The position numbers were made by a program, and so were the translations under genes. A stretch of 60,378 nt of DNA, the filler included, from Sphacelaria rigidula (Eukaryota): the NCBI GenBank assembly GCA_964200075.2. It is 9 parts of 9 records of this genome, joined end to end, with 100 filler letters (N's around TTAATTAATTAA, not from the genome) between each part and the next. Parts side by side here need not be neighbours in the genome. Positions count along the whole stretch, not along the records: positions 47,041 to 53,659 come from CAXNAA020019018.1; positions 53,760 to 60,378 come from CAXNAA020019019.1; 7 more parts are not named here. One strand, written 5' to 3'. The first letter of the stretch is position 1. Every line of letters starts with the position of its first letter. Below, piece after piece: positions 50,090 to 60,378 of the stretch. Below the pieces are notes generated by a model. The model searched no databases and was not told where the DNA came from. It saw nothing but the letters and a program-made list of their open reading frames with translations.

Positions 50090-50567
50090 GGCCGCTCCTT
50101 ATAATAGAAAAGAATAGAAATATAAAAGGTGCCTTTTTGGAGCTTTCACGTCGTTTTACGCCCCGAAAGAGAGCTAGGCGGAGTTTGACACCTCGGAATG
50201 ACTTGCTCTACTAGTTGAGGCGGTGCCGCGACATCTTCACAGTTTCCGGCGGCCGCAGTTTTCACTTCAGCCAATCAAGAATTTTTGTCCAAGAACGGTG
50301 AAAATCAGTCATGTCCCGAGAAAAGTGGCGATTTTTTCTAGATTTGACTGTTTTTCATCGTTCTTGGACAAAAATTCTTGTTTGGCTAAAGTGAAAACTG
50401 CGGCCACCGGAAAACGAGAAGATTTCCTGGAACCGCCTCAAAGAGTAGAGCAAGTCATTCCAAGGTGTCGAACTCCGCCTAGCTGTCTTTTGGGGCGTAA
50501 AACGATATAAAAGCTCGAAAAAGGCACTTTTCCAGATTTTTATTTTTGTCTACTATGAGGAGCAGCC
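50090..50567. mobile_element. Fold-back PIF/Harbinger (Tourist-like) MITE in a BRAP intron; relatives at ~12960-13310 and ~8000-8200
   Basis: TAA|GGCCGCTCC...GGAGCAGCC|TAA. The two halves are reverse complements along almost the whole 478 bp. Confidence 0.85.
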
Positions 50568-51000
50568 TAACGCCCTTGCGTTCATGTTTGACGCATAAGG
50601 ATATTCCACACAACGCTGGTTGTTTGTGTCGCCACCCGCTGGCTGTTTTTGTGTGTGCGATGATACGTCTTTTTTTGTTGTCCCAAGCCGATTACTGTGC
50701 CGACCCTGTTTTTTTTCGGACTTCATTCTCTCGATGCTAGCGTGATGCATGCCCGTTGTTTGCGTCCTGCCCTGACTTCCACCGCCTTCCCGGTAGAGGA
50801 TTAATCACGTGGACAAATGCCGCCGTTTTGGCTTTTTGGTTTTCAGTGATGGTATCCCCTTTTCGCCAAACAAACCACCCAGTGGAAGATGGAACCATCC
50901 CTGTCTCTTTCCTGATGCCCTCGATACGATTATCGAGCTTTCCTGTTACAAATTTTGTCCTTGTATGCTGTCTTCTCCCTTGATGCCATAAAATTAATAG

Positions 51001-51198
51001 GTGGAAGCAAGCCCTCAACGCGAAGAGCTAGTGGGGGGTTCGGTCATTATGGGGGCAGGCCGGGGGTCACGCTCGGCCGGCGCAGTTGCGTCAGGCGGAT
51101 CGGCTGAGTCCCGAGGCGGTAGGGAAGCAGAAAGGAAGAAGCTGGCGAGGCTGCTAAAGCAGCGGAGTAACGCTCGGAGAGCTGGAGGAGGGAGTTGA
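51001..51198 (+). CDS. BRAP: BRAP2-like protein, terminal exon
   Basis: TAATAG|GTG, in phase 0. Encodes VEASPQREELVGGSVIMG...RRAGGGS* with an 'E..GG' motif and a basic/Gly-rich tail as in BRAP2 homologs. Confidence 0.75.
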   Translation: MEASPQREELVGGSVIMGAGRGSRSAGAVASGGSAESRGGREAERKKLARLLKQRSNARRAGGGS

Positions 51199-51774
51199 CT
51201 GGAAAATAACACGGGAATATTACGTATTAGAATCAGTCTGGCACCGCTTAGTTGAGAGGGGATCGGCAGTTATAATTAGTCAAGAGGCGCGTTTTTGTCA
51301 CCAGTAATGTGGCGTGCGTATGGTTGGCCTTGTTGAGTGAAGTCTGTGCGTGCCACAACAAGCAAGCCCTTCGTTCAAGTTTTGAAATTTTGAGAGCGGT
51401 GAATGCTATGACGATCGTGGGCAGGCGTGCGTGCTTGTGTGTTTCTCGAGCTAGGATATCCTCCCAATGGAGCACGACGAAGTAAGCTGGTTTTGTGGGA
51501 ATATAAATTACGGGTTCGGGAAGTAATAAGCACGTTTCCACTTTCGCTGAGGGTCGTGCCGTGAGTTGTCTACTTCAGGCCAGCTTGAACCTCTTGACCG
51601 CGAGGATTGGTTGCTACAGTGACACCATGAGCAGCGCTGTTTCGGTAGCCGTTGAAGCGCTCCTTTGCTCCCGGCGACCAGCGGCGACTCGGCGGTGCTG
51701 CAGTGTGAATGCGCAGGATACCCGGCGACGGTACGGATCTTACACAGTTGATACGCAATCAAATTGTAGAACAT

Positions 51775-51990
51775 TCAAAATTCGACTTGATGGTCGACGA
51801 GGGAAAGGGGTTGCTGAGCCCCTCTCGCGAAAAACAATGAAGGCAAGCACCGCAGAAGGAAGGTGGAGATTTAGAATAAACAAATAAACAAATAAAACTC
51901 ATGTGTGACCCCGGCTCATGCGCCCACATATACCGAAAGGTGTAGACCGGCGTCCAGAACCAATGAGACGATAACACACACCCACACATA
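51775..51990 (+). mobile_element. SINE-A partial copy between the convergent BRAP-like and DnaJ genes
   Basis: GGTCGACGAGGGAAAGGG...GTGTGACCCCGG...CGTCCAGAA followed by an ACAC tail. Confidence 0.75.
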
Positions 51991-52227
51991 TACATTCAAC
52001 GCACGTTGAAGTACATCGGTGAGACCCCCCCCCCCCTCGCCCCCTCCCTCCCCTCTCCACGCATGCACATTGATGTATCTTCAGTGATGTATCTTCAGTG
52101 ATGTATCTTCGGTGCGCACCAATGGTTCGCGCATCGACAGCACGCGTTTCCACTTGTCAGTGGATGCTCAGTACAGCCGCAAACCTATACCTCTATCCCT
52201 GTGTCGCTACTGCTGTACTCGTGGGTG

Positions 52228-52555
52228 CTATTTCGGCGTTAACCATCGTACGGTTCTCCGCGTCCCAGCCCCCAAGCACAACCCGGCGATATTTCCGAAG
52301 AACAATCCAGCCCCGATAACCGGCCCCACGGAGTCCGCTCGTCCGCCAGTCGACCGCGCTTTCAACCATGTCCCCCCAGCGGTCAGCGCGCACCCCAGTC
52401 CCCACAGGTTAACGTTGAAAGTCCCCACTACCCGGAAAAATTGACAAGCGGCCCCGCCGGCAAAAGACACCGAGAGCGGCATCAAGCGCCCGATTGTGCC
52501 AGATCCAATCAGATGGCCAGGGGAGGGTCGAAGCGTAGTACCGTATTGGTCATAC
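52228..52555 (-). CDS. DnaJ protein, terminal exon with hydrophobic Gly-rich segments
   Basis: GGCAG|G TAT GAC CAA TAC GGT. Splicing gives 'RKL-YDQYG', the canonical J-domain end. The exon continues ...LWGLGCALTAGGTWL...VIGAGLFFGNIAGLCLGAG...TPK*. Confidence 0.85.
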
Positions 52556-53153
52556 CTGCCGTAGTCCGAACGTGTAGACGACGGTCTGAACGCGGATTTG
52601 GGTCGGAAATTTCTTGCCGTCGGGGAAGCAGTTGCAAGAGGTGAACTTGAGTTTCCTTGGCCTCGAGCTTCACAGGTAGGGTTGGTTGCTACCGTGATGA
52701 CCAGAACATGTAAATTTACTACAGTGGCGGGAATATAATGGTGACAACGAAGCGCGCCTTCGACCTTTGTCTCGGAGAACGCTGTTTATGCCCACTGTGT
52801 TTGATTTTTCGTTCAAAAGCTCAACAAGCCAACCTTTTGGACAGTCCACCCCATCCTGTGCATTTGTTGTGCATGCAAACGCTCGTCACTCCACATATAT
52901 ACCCGACCTGCTACTCGTGGCAAGAAATGCTTGCTCAAGTCAAAGCTCAGGCTCTTAACCGTGGGAGCTGAAGCTATATCAATCCTGATCACATCACGTA
53001 GAAGTGAGTATGGTGCCTACAGCCGAGCACCAATACCAGTGGAATCGTCAATCACGTCAGTATTGAAAGCGTTAGACTTACTTTTCGGAGGACCCTGTCT
53101 CAAAGAACACAAGAATCGGTACCAGACACAAGTACTTCGCGTTGATTGCTCAC

Positions 53154-53267
53154 AGTTTTCGAAGACTTGGGTCTTTGAGCACGTCATGCGCTCTCTTTAC
53201 TCGTAGGAATTCCTCAGGGTGTCCGCCCTTGTCCGGGTGCACCGAAAGAGACACGCGCCGGAATGCC
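53154..53267 (-). CDS. DnaJ (J-domain) protein, HPD exon
   Basis: Minus strand TTTTATTAG|G...AAA CT|GTGAGC. Encodes AFRRVSLSVHPDKGGHPEEFLRVKRAHDVLKDPSLRK(L), J-domain helices II-III with the HPD motif. Confidence 0.88.
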
Positions 53268-53774
53268 CTAATAAAATCGCAAGGGTAGAAGGAGAGGAGA
53301 GTAGCATGTAAGACTACATGGAACAATGTTTTCGTGAGATTGAGAGTAGAGGATACGATTGAGAGTGAAAAGCGGTCAATTAGTGAGTGAATCGTTTCAG
53401 TTCCAAAATGCCCCTCCACGAGGCCCGATATGATTTCTGTAGTACCTCGCCACTGAGGACCTTGATATCCCTGAGTAGAATATCGACCTGTAGCTGTACG
53501 CACACGCCAGTGATGGAGGCAACGAAACGCACACACAGGATGAAAACATGGCTGAGGTGAAGCGAATGATCAAAGCTAATCTCACTAGGGCCGAAGCTCT
53601 CGAGAGCAGGGCGGCGCGTGTACTGCGCCAAGTTGATAGGGCGTTTCAGTGGGAGCATCNNNNNNNNNNNNNNNNNNNNNNNNNNNNNNNNNNNNNNNNN
53701 NNNTTAATTAATTAANNNNNNNNNNNNNNNNNNNNNNNNNNNNNNNNNNNNNNNNNNNNGCGGCGCGGGGGGGG

Positions 53775-53831
<57 letters not shown>

Positions 53832-56256
53832 TACCCAAGATAATTCATCAGGAGAATTATGTACCGACTGACACTATTCATGATATATCGCGGAAATGAC
53901 CATTGCGCCACTGAAATCAAGGCGGACGCGTAAGCTCAATTATCCATTCAACATATCGTGCTTTCAGCCGGCGACGGCAAACTGCCGATATCGATACCGA
54001 CTAGCGACCTTGTACGACATGCTATACAACGTCCACGTATCAAGAGCATCGACATCGCGAGACATCCTCTTCATCACGGAATCAATCCAGAACAAGATAG
54101 TACTTCGCCGGCCCTGACTTGAACATCATACACAGCCCAGGCTTGACACCTGACACATGGATCACGGACGTTCAACACAGGGATAAACCGTTTTTCAGAT
54201 GTGCTTGATACGCCGGATATCGATATAAAGGCAAGGGTAAGTAGCTTTAACGTGAAAGTCCAAAAAACGGTAGGATTCATCATTGCGATTTGACCAAAGA
54301 CGAACAACGCCCGATATACACCCCGTGAATAATGACAAAACGGATAACAATAAACGTGCATCGATATAATGGAGTCACAGCTGGACGTCATCTTCCACGA
54401 GGAGTTCTGCCCTGAGCTACTTTCTCAACGCCAGAAACGCGCCAAAATATATTTTATCCAGCACCCACAGGGCGGGAAAAGTGTGCAGCCTCTGGTGAAG
54501 GTCTCGTCGAACATAGTTTCAACGGTCGCTTGCGCACCATCGTCAAAGTTTCATGGATTCTGCATCGTCAAGTTTACGGTGACTTGAAATACAGCGACGG
54601 TCATTATCCAGTCTGAAAACCGCACTACAGCAGAGCGCAAGCACACAGAGAGTATAACACAATACTGAATGCACAGAGTGAAACATGCAGCGTTCCGCGT
54701 CTTTCACACATGAGCGGCAGGCATACCATGACCAAACGGTGTAATCTCCTTGGTTAGTTGTACATGAAAGCTCCATACGATAGCACAGACAGTTGTGCGC
54801 CTGTACTAACTGTACTGCTGTTGGCATAAATTGATGCGCTGTATTACTGTCTGCAGCCACGGCGTAGCTGTCAGTGTCGCAGTTGCTCCACAAAATACAG
54901 TACAATATACAGCTCTGAACAAGGGGCGTCATGAATTCGGCCCACTAAACTCATGCCCACGTGTGTGTTGCGTCCATCTGTCTCCCAGCATGGATCACGG
55001 ACCGAGAAAAACCATCATCACAGGCAACACGTCCTTGACATGATCTGTAAGGTGCATGACACGAGAGCAGAGAAAAGAAAAGAAAAGAAAAACTGAACCG
55101 TTTCGCCCGATAATGTTCGTCCGTACATGGGAGCTTGTTGCGGGCAAACTCGGTAGACGACCCGCCGCACTCGAGAGTCGGACTTCGTTCCGAGACCGGA
55201 ACACATGTCGTATCCTTGAACGCGAGTGCCTTGCGAGGAGAGCTCAAAAGTGTACTACCATCGCTGTCTCGTCAATGTTGCAAGAGCGGGAATATGGCAT
55301 TTCAGTTCCTCGGACTCCGCCACAAACAGGTACAAATTCTGCCAGGTTCAGGTGCTAGGTTGTTCACGTATGCATAGTCTGCGGAGAAAAGACAAGTCAA
55401 GCATACCTGTGTCCTTTCTCGTCATAGCCACGTATGCAGCGGCTTCGATTCATCACATGGCTGCATATTGAGACGGTTGTATTGCTGTACAGGCCGTACT
55501 TGTTTGTGGCTGAAAAAAGTCCAGGCATCCCTGGATCTGTTTCCCCGAATGAAGGACTACACACTCGAATATTCTCAATTAGCCCAATGTGGCGCGCGCG
55601 GGGGGCGGGGGGCTGGGGGGGGGGGGTAACCATGATCTTGCATGCCGTAGTCATGTGAACATTGACCTCGCATCTCTACGAAGCCGTGACGGAGCATGTC
55701 GGGTTTTCGCCAGACTAGGCTCGTACTCAATCACCAAGCTTGAAGCGCCGTAATGTGTTCGGCGAGTCGCATAAAGGGTGACCTGCATTCTGCTTCGATT
55801 GTTCGGCCCGGAGTATATGGTTATCTTGCATGTGGAAGTCAGTCTCCAATGAGTTGCTTCATTTTCTGGTATCGCCACTTCCAGAGACAACCAGGGGTGC
55901 CACACTGCGTCATGGGTGCCTTACCATTCAAATTTACGTATTATGATCATCCCCATCGCGCGGAGTTGAGGGTCTCCAACCCCGCAGAAGATGATCTTGC
56001 TCGACCACCATGGTGACCGCAAAAAAAAAACGGTCATCTGGTTGCCTCGCTTACGCAGTTAGTGGCGTGTTTTCCAGCGTCGTTGCCAAACCGATGCCAA
56101 CCCCATAGGTGTTGAGGCGCGCGCGCGGGGGATGGGCACTTTAAATTCTGGTAATGAGGCCGTCAGACGTGGCCAGACCTCTGAAACTACAACTCAGATC
56201 ACCTATCAAGAGTATGCTGTTGAGCACAGGGCCCACAGATAGGGGCAAGAAGTATG

Positions 56257-57580
56257 CAGGGAGGGATACGTGACACGTGAACGTGAACGTGACGTGAATC
56301 ACGTTCGTAAAATTTAACGTAACGTGACACGTGACGCGTGTCACGTTTGAAAATTTTAACGTAACGTGAACGTGACGTTAATCACGTTGAAAATTTTTCA
56401 TGTGACGTTTCGTTACATGTAAGGTCATATGTAACGTGACATTGTCACGTGTCACGCATCATGTAACTTGACATTGACACGTGCCACTTTCGAATGTAAC
56501 GTTTCATTCTATGCATATCGCGGCTTTTTCACCAGTGTTGGAGGTGTTTTGACGTGTCGTGTAACGCGTGAAGTCACCGTGTACGTGGCACTGACGGTCC
56601 CCCGTCGTATGTTTGATCGTAGGCGCATGCTCTGAGTGTATTACGCTTCTTCCTCTACAGTGTATCATGCATTCGTTCTTGACCGGATAAGTTTTCCTGT
56701 CCTTACACTGTCTCATTTCAAGTTTTCAAGGTTCGAATGCTTGGCCATTCGCACGACAGCACATACTGTACATACGATAGTTCGCGAACGTGATTGAACG
56801 CTGGCTTGAGTCTTCCTGGCATTTCACAGACAAAACTACGTCGGTACCCTTGGTTCTACACGTGTATGACAGGTTTACACCGCCAGGCAGTCTACACATT
56901 TCTCTGGCTTGACAAGGTTTTGTTTCACTGTACACAGACTAATGGATTTTCCACTTTTCCATCAGAGTTGAAGTTTTCACCGCTTCATGTCACGTGTTCA
57001 TGACGTATTATTTTGATTTGATTGATTGATTGTCGCACTTCAACTGACCCCCAAAGGGTCCACCCGTGGTCTCATGATAGACGTACCCAAGAAAAACGAA
57101 ACTGAAACACGCTCTAAGGAAGAAAAGAAAAAGAAAAAGGGGTCTAACAGAACGACATGGCAGACTAAGTCGTGACAAAAAAAAGTAATAAAAAGTCAAC
57201 ACAAGCAAAGCGCAGAAAGAAACGGCCGACCTGAAACAAGAAAAAGGAAAACAAGAGGGAAGTACAAGGCAAATAAAATAAAATACAATGAAACAATAGA
57301 AAAAGAAATATATGTATATATGTAACGTGTAACGTACTATATAACGTTTCATGTCACGTGTCACGTATAATTCATGTGTCACGTATAATAAACGTGACAC
57401 GTAACATGAAACGTTATATAATACGTGATTTGATCGTTTGGGCAATTAAACGTAACGTGAGCGTGACGTTAATCACGTTGAAAAAATTTAACGTGAACGT
57501 AACGTGAGNNNNNNNNNNGCCGAAAACGTGACGTTCACGTCACGTGTCACGCTGTGTCACGTGTCACGTATCTCTCCCTG
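56257..57580. mobile_element. Non-autonomous hAT-type element with ACGT-rich subterminal arrays
   Basis: TIR CAGGGAG(G/A)GATACGTGACACGTG. 8-bp TSD GAAGTATG/GAAATATG. An internal 10-N gap lies at 57509-57518. Confidence 0.85.
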
Positions 57581-58925
57581 GAAATATGAGAGGCAACATT
57601 TTTAATTTATCAGGGGCTTTGAGTACGAAAATGAGGCGACTTTTCACCGATCAGATGAGAGAAACGGGTGGTATTTTGAGAGGCAAAATGTTGGTATTGG
57701 CCCACACATTGCGCCGCTGCGCGTCAGACAGCTGCTACCATCAATCGCTGGGGATACAGCAGCTCCGTGCCGGCTCAGTTCGTTTGCCCCAACCTGCACG
57801 CACCCGCCTTGCGTGTCTTCTCCGATCACAGCACCCGACTACGAATAAAGTACCAGAGAAGACGCAGCAGATAGCTGCACAACCGTCGCGTAGTCGTTTC
57901 AGCTTTGTGTAGACAGCACTTTGATCCCACTCCAATTCTGTCCAGACGGAAACGCAGCATACAGCAGTACGACTGCCCAGGCACTCTCCGGCGCACATTA
58001 AACCATGCTTGTCGTACAGTGTTCACGTGCACAACAGCACAGCGAAAACTACAGCATAGAAATGATGGATGGGGGAAGCGCCTTGTTCGTTTGACGGAAG
58101 ACGAAACAGCCAACACACTAAGCAGGCTTCAACAGTGCGTAGACCGCACCGCGGTGCCGACCAACATTATTTTCCTCCCTCCTTTTCTGTGAAGATGAAC
58201 GTAGTGACAGTAAGCTAAGGCAACTCAAGCAATCCCAGCGGAGACCAAACCGTCTTCGCAACGGTCTGAACACATCACAGCGCAGTGACAGCAACAGCAC
58301 ATGAGAGGGTGTGAGTGTTTATGCTGCAGCACAGTGAGACAGGACATGTCCCATGTGATCGTTCGTCCCCTGCTTTCAGACGGATCCTCAATTTTTGCCG
58401 AGTGCCGAGTTTCAAACGCTCGGTCATAATCGCGCTCGCGCGAAAACCATTTAATACACTTCGAGTTACCTCTCATCTGTGGGAGGTGAGCCTGCTATTG
58501 GAGTCGGAGCAAGGTGTGAGGTGTACACTGTGTCGAGAGGTTGTTCCGCATCTACCGTAAGCCAGAACGATTGAACTGACTTGGTGATCAAAAACAAGCT
58601 AGTGAGTAGACTGAGTTTTGGAATGCGTGTAGATTGCATCTCAGGCATCAAGGAGGGAGAGTCGGGGAGGGAGAAAAAGATGAAATCAACTTTTTTTTCA
58701 ATTCAAATGTCGATGTACGTTTGATCACTGCTGCAGCTGATGCGGCTACTTGTAGAGGTATCCACACTGCGTCCATGATGGCTCCGAGGGTTCAACATTT
58801 TAGTGACACCAAAAGGGCGGCGGCGGCGGCGGCGGCAGCGGGAGGGGGGCGGATCTGAGGTATATGGCACCCCTTGCAACAAAAAAAAACATCGAAGAAG
58901 ATGGGGCCAACAACATACACCGCAC

Positions 58926-59098
58926 CTGCAGGAGGAAAGTGAGCTTGGAGTTCCGGTACGGCACGTGCTTGTGCTTTTGGTCGAGGGCCTGCATCACGTC
59001 CCCGAGTGCACTGAGGCTGGAGTTGATCGCTGTAGCCTCCCGTAGCCCTGCGCCGGTGACCCCCGAAACCTTGATGCGCTCACTGCCCGCAAGATCGA
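58926..59098 (-). CDS. Kinesin motor domain exon (switch II)
   Basis: CACAG|TC...CAG|GTGCG. Encodes (V)[57 protein letters not shown]. The kinesin-14 subfamily call is an inference. Confidence 0.95.
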
Positions 59099-59405
59099 CT
59101 GTGGACAGCAAACCGGGGGCAAAAAGGTCAGACACGAAAAACATTCACAACGAACGCGGGGGAAAAAAACGTAACATAAACGTGCAGCAAGCACAACCAT
59201 GTCCGGCCGCGGGGAGAGATGGTCATGGCCGGCCGCAAAACTGACCCCCCGCAAGATTCAACGATCTTCCTGACTGAACCATCAAACGCCAGGTACACGA
59301 CCCACGAGCACACGACCAATCTCACCACATAATCCAACAAAAGCGAAAGGCCGCAACACCATACAAGCAGACGCCACATCTTCAGGACGCCAACACAACA
59401 CGCAC

Positions 59406-59601
59406 CTAGGAAAAGCCGTCCAGTTGCGGGGAGAGCGTCCGGGCCGGCCCTAGAAGCCACCTCCGCTAACAGCACGCTGTGGCTACGGCTTGAGTGGTCG
59501 TGCACACCCGTCGCTGCTACCGCCCTCGCGCTGCCACCAAGCTCAAGGAGCTTCAGCACCTCCTCGGCGCTTGTGACAGTGACATGGGTAAGCCCCGGCA
59601 C
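59406..59601 (-). CDS. Kinesin motor domain exon (kinesin-14-like)
   Basis: TTCAG|GTG...CTA G|GTGCG. Encodes VPGLTHVTVTSAEEVLKLLELGGSARAVAATGVHDHSSRSHSVL...GRLFL, containing switch I (SSRSH). Confidence 0.93.
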
Positions 59602-60378
59602 CTGAACGAACGCACGGTACTCTTATTGAAACAGCAGTTTTGGACGTTGTGACGCTTTCGTAGACCACATGTCGACGCTACGCTTTGGATCTTCTCGTAA
59701 ATTTGTGTCATCACATGTTAGAATCTACAGCTTGGATATACGTCACTTCATACACCCCTGACATCCATCACGTGGTGGAGAGGCAACCAGTGCTTGGTTA
59801 CAGAGTGAAAATCTTGTGCAGGTGGACAGACGGGCCACTGTGGCCGGTCCCATTCCCCGGTAGGTACAGGGGTGGCTGGGGTCGACCATATCGGTGCATG
59901 AATGAATCACTTCGAGACGTCGCTTGAACGGAAATAAATAGCACTTCACTCATGCCGGTGTCTGTATTCAAGACACGTCGGCAGCTCTCGGCAACGCCTT
60001 ACCTTGCATGAAAAGGTACACAAAAGAGAGGATTGTTGTACAGCACAATCATGGGATCACGTTTGTTCCTACACACCTCACCGCACTGTGATACGGGTGT
60101 GAGGACAGTCTTCAAAACAAACTGGACAAGGGCGATACTTTATTCCATCACCCACTTCACTCCTCTCATACGCTAGTTTTTTTGTGCCTAATTATTAGGA
60201 AGAGACACGCATACTGGCCGGTAAAAACGACAAGAAACAACAATTGTTCATTCAAGACTTCAACCCACGAGATTTGTCATTGTTGCATTCGAATGTGACG
60301 TTGGGACTGAGAACACGAGGGGGGGGCAACGGTGGGACGAAAATCTTGCCGTTACCGGCGTCCATCGCCGGAGCAAGC

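Noticed and set aside
53150..53536. 128-aa ORF as a single-exon DnaJ
   Set aside because: Its N-terminal part is read through MITE M1 and intron sequence. Only 53154-53267 is exon.
53768..53830. Poly-G tract as a G-quadruplex or poly-Pro coding feature (also 6765-6808)
   Set aside because: It lies at a contig end where homopolymer length is unreliable and may be a sequencing artefact.
53850..54600. Continuation exon of kinesin or a relic ORF (YRQF-like motif)
   Set aside because: No DSLGG/K(T)LM-type kinesin exon was found by eye, and the frames are interrupted by stops.
40953..59601. Gene cluster linking D27, BRAP/DnaJ and kinesin
   Set aside because: The genes lie on separate contigs joined artificially. 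Only BRAP-like and DnaJ are true neighbours.

Overview
Eukaryotic, intron-rich and repeat-rich DNA, most likely from a brown alga (Phaeophyceae). That assignment is an inference from ~50% GC, long TE-filled GT-AG introns and the gene families recognised. The window is not one locus. It is nine unrelated contigs of 6620 or 6619 bp, sorted by length and joined by 100-bp artificial linkers (N44-TTAATTAATTAA-N44). Most ORFs in the six-frame track are spurious; the real genes are short spliced exons. These are: the last exon of a sulfotransferase-like gene (contig 1); three exons of a probable Zn2Cys6-associated brown-algal family (contig 3); two exons of a DWARF27-like beta-carotene isomerase (contig 7); four 3' exons of a BRAP2/IMP-like gene converging on two exons of a membrane-anchored J-domain gene (contig 8); and two kinesin motor exons (contig 9). 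The rest is a dense mosaic of non-autonomous mobile DNA, much of it with readable TIRs and TSDs: hAT-, Mutator-, PIF/Harbinger-, Tc1/mariner- and Sola-like elements, two tRNA-derived SINE families, LINE 3' fragments, a Ty3/gypsy-like LTR relic and several ~42-bp satellites. No CRISPR array or prokaryotic system is supported. The most notable observations are the D27 homolog with an inverted SINE pair around a frame-symmetric exon, a recurrent MITE insertion site inside one SINE, a Mutator-like element carrying a palindromic 42-bp array, and an ACGT-saturated hAT element.
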